Shown piece by piece: positions 48,908 through 61,700 of a stretch of DNA of 64,000 bases. Within the stretch, counting starts at the first letter, position 1, and every line of letters starts with the position of its first letter. The stretch is from Amphiscolops sp. MND2022 (Eukaryota): assembly GCA_964187785.1 (NCBI GenBank), contig OZ076421.1, positions 51,708,001-51,772,000 on the forward strand, read 5' to 3'. A program made the translations under genes and the position numbers. The notes under the pieces were generated by a model that saw nothing but the letters and a program-made list of their open reading frames with translations, made no database searches and was not told the origin of the DNA.

Positions 48908-51478
48908 CCAAAAGTCATTGCTTGTATTTCCGCGAATGCCGTAAGATCCATTTTCGGTCTTGTGAAAATAATTTTCAAGTTGAGTTGATCGAAGTGAACA
49001 TAATAAAGCGGACCATGTGTCGTATTTCCTCAATAATATCAGAAAACAAGGGTAAATTTTTCCCTGAAGAATCAAAACAGTTGTACAGACAATCCTCTAA
49101 GAATGTACATTCATATTAAATTTTCTTATCAGTGAAATAGTTTTAAAAGAACAAAATGTGCTTCCGTGTTAGTGGGGGAAGGAGGAATGCTCAACAAGGT
49201 GTACTTAGGGGGATTAAACACTTGGTCCAACAAAGCTGCTCATTGGCAATTAAGAAAATGTAGCTACTGAAATTTAATAATTGTTCACTTTCGGCAATTT
49301 CTACCTTAGGGTATGTAAACGCTATGTCATCCGATTTGGCTTTTCCGATTTTTGGACCTGAATTACAACGATAGCTTTAGATCTGATGTGGAAGTGAAAT
49401 TTAAAAAATTATCTATAATGATCTCTTGAACACTTTTGGACTTTTTCGAACTTTACTACTCGATATCTCATAAACAACTAGTCAGACGAAAAACCTCTTT
49501 AGATCGATCATTCTTGTAGCCTTTAAAACTTTTCTCTGTAAATGCTTCTTGAAAAGGAACACCTAAAAACAATTGTAACTCTGGAGAAATCTTTTTTCCT
49601 CTGTAAAAATTGAAGAATTTGCATTTTGATATAAAGTTACGGGGTAAACTCATGAGGGGGAGTTTGATTCTTGCATTTGTTGTTACGAACAACAATTCTC
49701 TAGCCATTGTGTTGTTTATATCGTAAGCAACCGAATATCAAACATAAGCAAAGGGGTATAACGTTTTCAATATTTGTGGATTTTTCAGACTTCGGCGTTT
49801 TTACAAAATTCGCATTGTTTTTGAGCGAAGCACACAACTCTTTTTATCACGTTTCTACGTCGGATTAGCAAACGCTTGAATTCTCATGGAATACGACTTT
49901 CGGACAAGTTGTTGAACTGTTTGGCATTGGCGGCAAAGAATGTTTAATCGAAGTAGAACTAGAAGCCCTCCCTACCCCATTAAATGCATAGGTAAACACG
50001 ATGGTAAAGTCATGCAAACTTGAAATGACAAGGCCCAGTAAGGCAAACGTCAAGTATGAGAGAACGAGAAAATGAGATCACTAGAAACACGTGCAAAGAA
50101 TAAACATTTTTGAGGCGGCATAGACACAAACAATATGGAGAGCTACAAGCAAGTTGAGACTCGAAAGGGGTGTTATTTGCGACAGGATGTTTCTACAAGA
50201 GAATCTTTGATAACAAGATGTTGCTTGGCACGCCAGTTTTCAGCAACATCTTTGCTATGAATCAAATACGATCGTGAAAATTTCACCTGCAAAAAAGTAT
50301 AACCCAACCAAGGATGAAAGAGTTTTCGGCGAGGAGTGTTTTTAACTTTTTTGCTTATTGTTGACTCATAAAAGTAGACGCAAGTGCTGTACCTTTGGAA
50401 AGTGAAACACTTTTGAAAACTGAAATATGTAATGTTACTTAGCAAAATAAAAATGATGAAATCGTTCATTGATGTTGGAAAAAGGTCTTGGAACTTGGCA
50501 AAAGGAAAAAAAGTAAATTTCAATTTTAGGAAGAAATTAACCACCTTGCGAGATATTGGAACAAATTGATTTCCTCTAACAGTCTCCTTGGGATTGCATT
50601 TCTTTTAAAACTTCTAGCAAGGAATGAACTTTTGTGCAAGATTTATTACCAAGAAGTGTATCGTTGTTGAAAGATGTTTGCCCAAATCGGTTTCTTCTAC
50701 AGTCACATTTTATTGTACAGGAACGGGTCTTTTCTTCTTCAGATCTCGGCCGTGTATTGCCCAGAGTTGCAATTCTGTGGACTTGACTTGGACCCGAAGA
50801 GCAGCAAAGACATGAAGTTTTCAGAGAAAAGCTGTTTGGTTTTCTCCAAAAGTCTTGGCACATGCGATGAACTGGGGAACCTTGTTTTGGCGTCAGGTTT
50901 GATCAAAAGTCACAAAAGGCTTCAAATTCACATGTTTTTTGACGTTAGAATAGAAAAACTACAAAAAACCACAAAAAAACTCTGATACTTTGACAAAACA
51001 ATTTATTGTTTGTGAAACGTCATAAAGTATTCAACCAAGCAGTATATTATTTCGAGAAGAAAATTAGATAAGTTTGGCGGAAACTTTGAATTCAAATCAA
51101 CAACTCGCAGAGAAACTGATCATTTATTTTCCAGAGAATATTCGATTGATGGGGATTGAACGTTCAAGAATCTTTTCGAACGAATTTCCTCGGTTAGGAC
51201 TCACTGCGGTCCTGACTTTTATTATACTTTTTTATTATTAGATTTTTTAATATTTTTTATTATTATTATTTTATTATTATACTTTTTTATTATACTTTAT
51301 TATACTGACTCCTACACTATAATAGTATACTCTTAAGCATGTAATACGTGCAACGTTGCAAAAAACTGTCCCTTTCATACATTTCAGTTAACTCATTAGT
51401 TGCGATACTCATAGCTTAGGCTTTCTGTTTTTTCGGAGTTTTGGTTTCTAGTTTCAGAGACTAGCTAAATCTTCCTTT

Positions 51479-51526
51479 TATACTTTTCACGCCTAAAAAC
51501 TATAGTTTTTAGGCGTGAAAAGTATA
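51479..51526. repeat. Perfect 48-bp palindrome
   Basis: TATACTTTTCACGCCTAAAAACTA|TAGTTTTTAGGCGTGAAAAGTATA, with no spacer. Confidence 0.95.
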
Positions 51527-51785
51527 GAAGAGTAACACAAAATAGACGAGTTTTCCTGAACAAGGTCAAAATAGATTTTGAAATAAACAGCTGAAAAATT
51601 TGCATAGGAGAAACTTTGATTTTTCACATTTCAAGCGCTTCTAACGCAAGTCATTTAGTTACTGTTTATTTTTACCTTTAACATCGATATACGCAACGGA
51701 ATTACCAATAATACGATGTAGTTTTCGCCAAACTTAAGTTTCACTGCTTTTTATGCTGCTCACAGTTTTTTTTAAATTTTGATAG

Positions 51786-51884
51786 AAATCAATGAATGCA
51801 AATCATCAGATGATGTGTGTGGAAATGGCGCTGGACTTTGCATCAACCACAAAAACCAAGGATACGACTGTACCTGTTATTCGG
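51786..51884 (+). CDS. Host exon: calcium-binding EGF-like repeat (fibrillin/fibulin-type extracellular protein)
   Basis: Acceptor tttttgatAG and donor GTGAGT, phase 1-1. Translates as xINECKSSDDVCGNGAGLCINHKNQGYDCTCYSG. Confidence 0.9.
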
Positions 51885-52109
51885 GTGAGTACGGGTTGGA
51901 AATGAACCAAAAAGTGGAAACAAAATATTTTTGCCCCCCAAAACCAAATATACAGACAATTGATTTTTGTTATCTGATAAATTAGAAACTTATTTTGAAA
52001 TGAAAGGTTTCTCGGAATTCAGAAACAGTAATTTTTCGGCTAAGATAATGATTTATCCCATAATGAAAAGATTTTTAATAAAATGATTTTCAAAAAGCAT
52101 TCATCTTTT

Positions 52110-52801
52110 GGTGCAACTTCAATTCGTCCCTTCGCCAAGTAGCAACATTGAGGCATGGCCATATGGCACGTCGCTCCGCTTCGCTTCGCTCCTGCATTTA
52201 GGGCACTAGGGGTATGTGGACATATCTGACTACGTTATCGTAATTTTGAATGCTCGAATTTGATTGGCCGAAATCGATTCATTCCATTACGTCATACCAT
52301 GGTCGTTAAATTAATACGTGTTCGACGAATTGAATGTTCGACGAATCGAACAGTCCCCTCATCTTTTGTTCCAAAATTCAAAGCTCACTTTCTTTGGCAA
52401 TGAACCAAATAACGTTCGTGAAATTGGGGGACTGTTCAATTCGTCGAACATTCAATTCGTCGAACATTCAATTCGTCGAACACGTATTAATTTAGCGAAC
52501 ATGGTATGACGTAATGGAATGAATTGATTTCGGCCAATCAAATTCGAGCATTCAAAATTACGATAACGTAGTCAGCTATGTTCACATACCCCTAGTGCCC
52601 TAAATGCAGGAGCGAAACGAAGCGGAGCGTCGTGTCATATGGCCATGCCTCAATATTGCTACTTGGCGAAGGGAGCGAAGCGACCGAGCTATACAACAAA
52701 TATGCTAATCGCCACAAAATATACCAAATGAAAATAATCGCTGATATGAATAGCTTTTCCTTTTTCGACGATTTGAATGTTCGACGAATTGAAGTTGCAC
52801 C
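52110..52801. mobile_element. Composite foldback/MITE in the intron between the EGF exons
   Basis: Outer TIR GGTGCAACTTCAATTCGTC (52110) / GACGAATTGAAGTTGCACC (52801). Inner arms of ~230 bp (52128-52353 vs 52428-52674) are near-perfectly inverted. The 15-bp subrepeat TTCAATTCGTCGAAC(A) recurs. Confidence 0.9.
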
Positions 52802-53292
52802 GTGAAATTGAAACATGTTCTTTCACCAGCATAGAGTCATAACAGCTCCGTGGGTAGAAAGCGCTGACTAAAATAACAACAGCGAGCAGTCTAACATCAG
52901 TGCTCTAGAGTACAGTATTTTTTTCATCCAAATCTAAAGTATTTTAAACAATAGCTGCAAACCGACCATAGATCGAAGATTAGGGACGAATATTGCACTG
53001 TGGCTTGCAACGGGGGATTATAACCGAAATGGCTTCATTTTGTACATGTTGCCGGCTTGCATGCAGGGTAGTTTTTCATAAAACATTGATTTTTCAGACT
53101 ACGCGCAGGACAAAACTTGTAAAATTGCACTGCAGCTGCGAAAATCTTGGCAGAATTTCCCTGCGCGTTAGAAAAAAATTACTGCAACTTACAAAATTCT
53201 CGAACAAAGTCTCTGACTTACATTTTTTCGCTAATGCCAGCGCAAGCGTTAAATACGTTAAAAAACTCAATCTCAACAGTATACTGGTTTAG

Positions 53293-53499
53293 GCTTCGAC
53301 AGAATCGTAGAGAAATCGGGAAAGATTGTGTGCAAAGATGTCGATGAATGCGCAACCGAAACCAATCCCTGCCCTGGGCCATTCGATAACTGTGTGAATG
53401 TCCCCGGAAGCTACCAGTGTCCTTGCGAATCGACGGGGTTCCATCGCCTGACAGCAACTTCAGACTGTTCTGATGTGGATGAGTGTGAAATTCCATCAG
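53293..53499 (+). CDS. Host exon: tandem calcium-binding EGF-like repeats
   Basis: Acceptor ggtttAG and donor GTTTCT, phase 1-1. It splices in frame to the previous exon (TCG G|GC TTC = S-G-F): GFDRIVEKSGKIVCKDVDECATETNPCPGPFDNCVNVPGSYQCPCESTGFHRLTATSDCSDVDECEIPS, with the DVDEC and C-x-N-x-x-G-S-Y-x-C consensus. Confidence 0.95.
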
Positions 53500-54229
53500 G
53501 TTTCTGAACTGACATTTCAGCTAGACAACAGTTTGCTTCTGATTGAACAATCGTATCGTGGCCATTGCTACTGGTACCAAGTAGCCCATAACCTGCAAAA
53601 CTTCACGGCTTGAAATTGCCGCCAAACTTTGATGCAATTTTCAAGCAGCTTCATGGAAGTCGAATACAACATGGATTATTTTCGCACGAAAGTTTCAGTG
53701 AGAGGTTTTGAAAATTTTTATCAAAGCTCACTCTCGAAGAGTGCGAACCAATCACATTCAAGAATTCGTTTCGATTCTACTACAATTTTATTGTGAATCA
53801 TTACCTGATATAGTAATGTCACAATTGTAACGAATGAATTGCAGACAACTTTGAAAATAATGCGAAAAGTTCAAGCAAGTTCATCACATTGTGTTAACCT
53901 ATTTAAAACAAAGCCTTCGTTGAAAAAGAGTACGGTTTTTTGAAGTCTCAAATCTATTTTGATCATGAGGAAATAAGTCAAATTCACAAAAAAATCTTGG
54001 TTCCCAAAATACTCCAATTCGACTGAACAGTTTAGGTTACAAAATGCTTCGAAGAGTTTTTAATCAGGTCAAAGTGAGCATTTCCTGCCGAATGCCCGAA
54101 TTAATGCCAATTAAAGATCGATTCAAACAATCCTGCCATTCCACGTGTGCCCTCTTTTCCGTTTTCTACGTTCTTTCGCTTTCTGTCTAATCAGAATTGA
54201 AGCCATTTATTTGTTGCGTTATACCTGAC

Positions 54230-55642
54230 ATTGAATGACTCAGTTGACATAACTGTTAATCCGTAAAAAACCTGTGATACATCGGTATATTCCTGCTGCT
54301 TTTCCTCCTATTATTGGGAAGTTACAGCTCTTGGCCGTTTCTTTAACGGTACTTGTGCGTATGCGTAACGCATATCGAGAGAAGTGTAAAAATTGGTCCG
54401 TTATCTTCGTTATAAAAATGATCGGCTACCATATCAAATAAGTGTTCAAGGTTGGGCATTTGATTTAAGAGCTACTTTCATGCTTTTTCCGCATTGATTA
54501 CCACGGGTTGTAAAAATACTTTATCATTTTTACATCATGTCCAATTGGTTGTCCTTGATGCTCAAATCTTTCTTCAAACTCTTTCTTCAGTTTTTTTGTT
54601 CGTTCTTGTTTTTGTGATTAGGTACTAGAGTTAACCCGCTTCATTTGGTTTAATTTCACTTCATGGTGACCTTTTTGTAGTTACTTGAGTTACTTGGTAC
54701 ATAGCGTTGTTACCTTCTTTCTGCTTGGGCGATACAATTTGATAGCCCATTCTCATCTTCAGTTACTACTAATTTAATCTTCTGTTTTAATTTTAGTCTT
54801 CTGTTGTCGAATCGTTGCTGCTCTCATCCCATTCATCAATTCTTTGTATTTGTTGGTGGCGCGGTCTCATTCCTTTCCGACTCTTTGCAAAGTCCCCCGC
54901 TCATTAGCTCTGACAGCATTTTGCAAAGTTACCCTTTTCTGTCACGTGCTGCAAGTTATACCTATCGCCTTGGACTCTTTTAGATTCTGTGGAGGGAATA
55001 TCGCTTCACATCTTAAGCAATTTTTTCCGGGACCACACTTTTCTTTCTCCACTTTGGATGACTCTATTCTTTTTGTTTGCTGCTGTCTTACATTTGGCTT
55101 TTCCAGTTTGTCAAAGGACTGTTGTCTTATGGCACCTTCTTCGTATGCAATTGCAAACTGGATGGTTTTTTGTATTGTTGCTTTGGGCTCAGAGCACACT
55201 TTTTGTTGAAAATCTTTGTTTACCGTTCAATTGGTTTCAAAATTGACGTCGTGGTTCTCCTTCTTGTTGTTTACGGCTCAAAAACATGAATCTACCTAAC
55301 GTTTCATTTTTCCTTTTTCAAAGCCTTCTTTACAAGTCTTCAGTAAATCAGGTAAGTTATTCTGGCAATGTTTGTCGTGGGAAACTTATCTGCAATTGTT
55401 CCTCGAGCTGTAATCCCAAAGGAAAGATATAGTACGCTGATTGCTTTTTTTCGTAGCGGTGGCCTCTTCCAAATCACTGATCAGGCTTGTTTCTTTTGTT
55501 CCAGTAGTTTTCGTCAATTCTGTTGTTGAAATGTTGTTTTCCGTCATTAATGCGAACTCGAATAGGCCAATCCATTTCTTCCTTTCAAGTTGTGCTGATT
55601 CGGACGCGTCCGCCCAATAAATGAGAAACCTTGCAAGAACCA
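54230..55642 (-). mobile_element. Mag-like Gypsy remnant (gag with Cys knuckle, RT fragment)
   Basis: ..WADASESAQLERKKWIGLFEFALM..; TIQFAIAYEEGAIRQQSF; NCLRC; SLDMRYAYAQVPL..IIGGKAAGIYRCITGFYGLTVM. Confidence 0.8.
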
Positions 55643-55798
55643 TGTTATAGTAATGTCACATATGTAACAAAAGAATTCAGTTTGTAGATTGTTCTACTTT
55701 CTTTCAGAAAAGGAGAAGTCGAATAAATACTCTATAAATGAGTAGACCATATGGTGAAGTGACACGACTCATTATAAGGAGGTCTATGGTAATGCTGG

Positions 55799-58700
55799 TG
55801 TAACGGCTGCTGGCCGTTATCCTGCGCGGAGGCTTGACAAGCTTGACACCGCCCTGAACTGTTGCTTAGTACTGTGGACCGTTACTAAACAAATTCTGGT
55901 TTTCTTGTTTAAAAGGACTGTATCATTTGGCTGGTGGGTCCGATGTGACCCGTAAGAATCTCCTGCGGTCCCTCTTTGCATTTGTTTGGATCCGATGTGA
56001 TCCGTCACAGACGTCTCTCATGGTATCTTCACGCGCTCCGTCTCTCAAACTATGAGAGTAGCTACTTAGTAGCTCTGACTCTATCGAAATTTTGTGAAGA
56101 TTGAGAAGTTGAATAATTAGTCACTTGGACCTCAGACTCAACTTGACAATAGCTTTTCAGTCGTTCAAATCTCTATCTACTTTTGGTATAAATGTGGTTG
56201 ACAATTCTACAGTAAATATAAGTCAAAATACGTGGTATAAACATATGACAATTAAGTGAGTTATTAAAGTTTTTGACTAGGTAAACAAACCATGTGGTGG
56301 TTTTGGCATAATGGTTAGGTGGTCTCGAAAGCATGTTTACACAATGTAAATATCTATAATTTCAACAGAGTTACATTCTAAAGTGGACATATGTGTGATT
56401 AGCAATATTTAAATTTTGGCTGAAAAGACCTTGAATATCACACATGTGAGGGGTAAAGGGGGTTATATTTGATGAATCACCGTGAATTTTAGCCGGTGTA
56501 TCCGTGTTAGGTCCTTGCATATGTGTACCAAGTTTCATAGCTCTATGGTTAACAGTCTTTGAGTAAACCCTTTTGGGAGGGTTTGGCGATTAGTCCCCCA
56601 GTGACATTTCTTCAAATTTTCATCTGAGTTTCGAAGAGTTTAAGATCTTATTTCTCAACCAGCATGTTTGAAATCAACTTTATTTTCCTGCTGATGACTG
56701 GCGCCAACAATGCCGGCCCTGTTTTTCTCCCGAAAAACACTTTCAAAGAACAAGGGTGCCATTTTCACTACTGGTCTTTTGAGTTTTCCATCTTGGGTTT
56801 TCACCAGCGCTGATCTCACTCGCCCATCGTTTCCATGACAGACTTCCAACAATCTTCCCATCTTGTAGTGTGCTCGTTTCACACTCTCATCCACAAACCA
56901 AACCAAATCATTGACTTCCAGTTGTCTAACTTCCTCTTTGTTCCATTTAGATCTCTCATTCCATTGAGGTAAACATTCTCTATTCCACCTGCCCCAGATA
57001 ATATCGGCATTCGCTTGTGATACTCTGAATGCCCTTCTCAGATCTGTATATCGCTGAGCGTCAGGAATAAATGGAGTTGATGGACCCGCTCGCCTTGCAG
57101 AAAGTGATTTGGAGTCAAAGCTTCCAAATCCTGGGGATCGTAACTGACACTAGTCAGAGGTCTTGAATTCAATATCTGCTCGACTATGCACATTGTTGTG
57201 GATTATACATCATCTGTCAGTGTTCTCTTTCCCACGATTGCCATCATAGCTTTCTTGCAGCTTCTAACCATTCGCTCCCAAACACCTCCGAAATGCAGCG
57301 CACGTGGGGGGTTGGACTTCCTTTTCATTTGCTTTTGAGTCAAAAACTGCTCAATATCTGATTGATTTCAAGCTTCTTTCTATTCTCGCATTTCCCTGGC
57401 TGCGCCCACAAAATTCGTTCCAATATCACTTAGAATGACATTGGGTTTCCCCCTTCATGCGATGAATCTCATGCACAGCTCTTGTTGTCTAACATGTGAA
57501 GAGACAACATGAGCGTTTCTCTGATTTCCTCATGATTCTCACATCGAATGGTCCACAGTAATCTACTCCAGTGTTGGCAAAAGGGAAAAGTCTTTCTTCC
57601 AATCGTTCTCTAGGCAGGTCTGCCATTAAGAGTTGAACTCCTCCATTTTGTTGTTTTCTAAACTTAACACACTTCAATTTCACATTTTTGAGTGCGTTTT
57701 GCAGTCCAATTATCCAGTTATTTTGCTGCAAACTGCTGCGAACGTTTTCTGTCCTTCATGATAGTTAGTTTCGTAAGCATATTCAATCAACTTTCTCACT
57801 ATAGGATGCTTCGTAGATAGCAAAGTTGGATGTTTCATGTTAAAACTCGCTTCTGCATGACGCAGTCGTCCTCTTAATTGCATGAGGTTTTGATCGCCCA
57901 TAAATGGCGATAGTTTATGCAAGTGATCCGAAACTGCCATAGGTTTACCAGCATCCAACGCTTGATAAGTTGGACCAAAACTATCCATCTGGCTTTTCCG
58001 CAGTAGTATTCGGATTACTTGCTTCAATTCTTCTGTCTTTACTATTTTTCCATTGATTTTAATTGGAACCGAAGACAATAGGCGAAAATTTGTGTCTTTC
58101 TTCTGAAGGAACCGAACTTATCCCAATCTATGTCCTTTTCTTCCGATACGACTTCAAACGCTTGTTCAATGTCATCTGTTTTTGTTGAAACAACTGTGGC
58201 GAAGTTGTTGGCCAAGCATCTTCCGTCTGTCGAAGCCTAGCCGGCCCTCGGAACCATTCACTTTCTTCTAGTTCGCGAACAGGTTTTCCTCTTGTTCTGA
58301 TGTAGGCAGGGTTTAAGGTCCCTTCGACATGGCTCCACTGATCAATGGTTGAACTATCAAGAAATTCAGCAACTCTGTTTGCCACAAATACCGGTTGTAT
58401 GCAAAACAGTCGTCGAATCCAACTGAAGAAGGTTCCTTCACTTTCAACGTCGTGTTCGTCTACGGTCAGTTGTTTTAATCTAGTCCCATATAAAGCTGCT
58501 GGTAATTCTAGTGGGGGGAATTGATTGTTGCTTCATTGGCGCTACTCGGCATTTTTGTACCACATAGGCAAGCTCTCCATATTGCTGATCTCGAAAGTAC
58601 CCAACTATGCATATGGCATCCACGGATGCATCGGCGAAAACATGCAGGTCTACTACATCAGCATTGTTTGATAAACAACTTTTTGAGAGCCATCCCATTC

Positions 58701-61700
58701 ATGTGACTCAACTCCGATGCTCTAATCCTGGAAAATTTTTTCGTTTTATGGAGATAAATCTTCGTCCCACGTTTGCCCATGCTTCTTCAAAATCTCTTTA
58801 AGCAACAATCTCATCCTTACTGTGAAGGTGGAAAACAATCCCAGCAGATCAGACACAGAGGATACTTGTGATAGAACAATTCTCTGAGTGACCTTGGCAG
58901 GCACCTCTTTCCCCGTACCGCTGCAGATCTCAAGACTATCTGACTTCACATTCCATTGAAGTCCCAAAATAGAGGGTGCCAAGGGTTCAGCTTCCAATGT
59001 TTTATTCAGTGCGACCGATCCGTCTTCAGGAGATATTTCCATCATTTCCTCGGAGTTGCATATCCATTTTGTTAGATGAAAACCACCACTCGGAAAGGAC
59101 TTTCGCAAGATCCTGTACACTCCAACAGTTTCTTCCACTGAAGCAACTGACTTCACAAAATTGTCAAAAAAGAAGTTTTTGATGACCAACTTGGCGACCC
59201 ATTTTCAACCTTGCAGTCTCGTCCGACTTGTTGCAAAGCATAGTTGACACAAGTTGGCAAACTTTTAGCTCCTGAAATGTGTCTTCCACAAGGTTCTGTG
59301 TTGTTCTCTCCACAAAAATCTGAGTTTTTTGCAATTTGCAGGTGGTACTTTCACTTGGAGAAACTTCGCTTCAACATCGTGTGTCAAGGCAACATACTTC
59401 TCCATGAATCTGAAGATAATTCCAGCGAGCGATTGTAGAAGGTCGGGACCGGCCACTAATTTTCTGTTTCGTGAAACGCCTACGAAGTTTGAGGCAGCGT
59501 TGTATAATTGTCTCACTGTATCTTGCTTGTTCGGGTTCAGCACAGGGAGATGCTGAACGTACCACTGAAGGTCTGATTTAGTGTTTTCAACCCTGCTTCA
59601 TCCAGAATTCTCACAAATTCTTTTTGTACGTCCACATCAATTGTCGCGTTGCGTTGTAGCGTTATTTCAAGTTCTCATCTTTTTCTAATCGGCGCTCGAG
59701 AGACTTCAATTGACTCAATGTTGAACTGTAGTTGTTTGGTAAATGGAGCTTTGCATTTTCCAGAGTAGTTCGACCTCCTACCTCTCTCCGTCGAATTCCG
59801 AGGTTGCTTCCAGCATTTCGAGTGCTTGCTCATCCTCTTTGGACCTCCCGGATACGCTGCATTTGGCAGCATACGATTCCATGCTCCACCAGGACTTCAC
59901 TTGATTCGCTAATGGGTCAGCTTCTGCTGAAACTAGACTTTCAGATGCAAGTTTCGCAGTCTCTTGTTCAGGCAAGGGTCCACTGAGCAACCGTCCTAGC
60001 TTCGTTGGCACTGCCCAGGGCTTTGGGTTTCCACACTTTCCATATTCGGTTGCTCTATGCAAGTGGTAACAATCTTGTCCCAAAATAACTTTGTCATCTT
60101 TCAAGTTGATAATAGATTGTTTCAAAACTGACAGGTGAGGATATGTTTCCTTCAACTTCTTAAAGTTGTACGTTCGATTTCCTGCATTCAAGTTGGGATG
60201 ACTATAGGCCATGATATCTTCGTTGACTTTTCGGTCTTGGTCTCCAATCTTGACTCGAAGTCGTTTGCTATCAATATCTGACGTTCCATGAATCCCTGCA
60301 ACATTCAAACGTACAGGCTGCCCCGTCAGATTCAACACTTTCATCAGGCTCTGGTCCACAAACGACGGATTAGCTCCAGAGTCGCATAGAGCAAATGTTT
60401 TTGCTCCCACTCCCTATCGAAACTGGAATGACTGGAATCACATCACTGCTTCTCATGGAGGACAAGCTAGAGACCTCTTCGACCTTTTCAACATTTTGGT
60501 TCTGTTTGGTCGAATTTGGTCAACATTTTGGTCCACTTTTTTGTGTGGTCGGTGCAGCAATCTGTGATGATATTTTCCACAACCATTGACGTCGCAGAGT
60601 CTGCCAGAGCAATTTCTAATCTGATGTGCGTCTCAGAAACATTTGAAACAGAGATACAGTTCTTTCGCCTTTTGATCTCTGTCTTCGACATCCATTCTTT
60701 TGAATTTCTCACATTTCCATATTGGATGTTTGCCGTCTTTCAGTGCACACTCTCGCTGGCTCTTCGAATTGTCACTCGCTGTGTTTGTCGCTGATGTTGC
60801 AAACGAGGATCCTTTGGCCTTTTCTTTCAGTTCGACCTCGCGCGGGCAGAATTCGGGTTTGAAGACAAAAGCAATTCATCTTGAACATCTGAAATATCAT
60901 TGAGCCAATCACTGAACACAGCGAGTCCATGTTGATACAGGTTCTTTTGCTTGACATAAGTGAGCCACTTTGTTTTCATGTCCAGTGCTTAATTCCTTGT
61001 GGCGCTGTCAAGAACTCCTTCTGAGTTTAGGTCTCCCACATAGACGAATTGCGTCAAAACATTCACGCAACTCGACACTATTCGCCCAAACTTGATCAAT
61101 ACGGCTCTGTCATAAGAAATCATCGGTCGGTGGAAAGGAGTAAATTCGCTTCCGCTGAGCATTCCCAACCATTTGCGGTTTCCAAAGGTACAAAGTAGAA
61201 CGTGCTACGCCACATTTACATCTCAGCGGTGTAGCCAAGACCAGCAATCACCTCTTTGGCTTGCCCATTACCAATAATTTCAAGTGATTCATCTTTACAC
61301 TGTCGTCCATGTCTGCTGCCTGACGGTTGCTTGAAATAGTTGTGACCTCTGTGGCCATCAAATGATTATCGGAAAATTATGCCAGCTTTAGTCCTGGCAA
61401 GCTAGATCTGATGAAATTGTTTCTCAAACACATCTCTTGCGTTTGACGCTAAGTTTTCTTGACTCGGCAAAAACTGCTTCTGTGTGTTCGCAAGCTGTGG
61501 TACTTAAAATGCACCACTCAGGCTTCCTCCAAACTTAGGTGGTAACCGATTCTAGGCTGCTGCACTTAGGGTCATTGACGGCTTCGTTGTAGCGAACTTC
61601 AGGTTCTGGTTGTTGCTGTCCATCCATCCTGAGACTTCCGTCAGATTATTGTCTGGAGTCCCAACTGGTGAGATACTTCGGAGGCTAGACCCACAACAAC

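Noticed and set aside
49400-50950. Coding-like minus-strand region of unknown type
   Set aside because: It has many short ORFs in all frames and no recognisable motif. It is probably an old repeat and cannot be classified without a search.
53581-53600. tRNA-Met-like GCCCATAACC
   Set aside because: There is no D-arm, T-arm (GTTCRA) or acceptor stem around it.
55630-55642. PBS (TGGTTCTTG...) after the Mag LTR
   Set aside because: The sequence reads as gag coding (GLQG..FWAD-like) and matches no tRNA 3' end that I recognise.
59778-60410. 210-aa ORF as a functional protease gene
   Set aside because: It is a surviving fragment of the BEL polyprotein, whose flanking gag and RT frames are disrupted.
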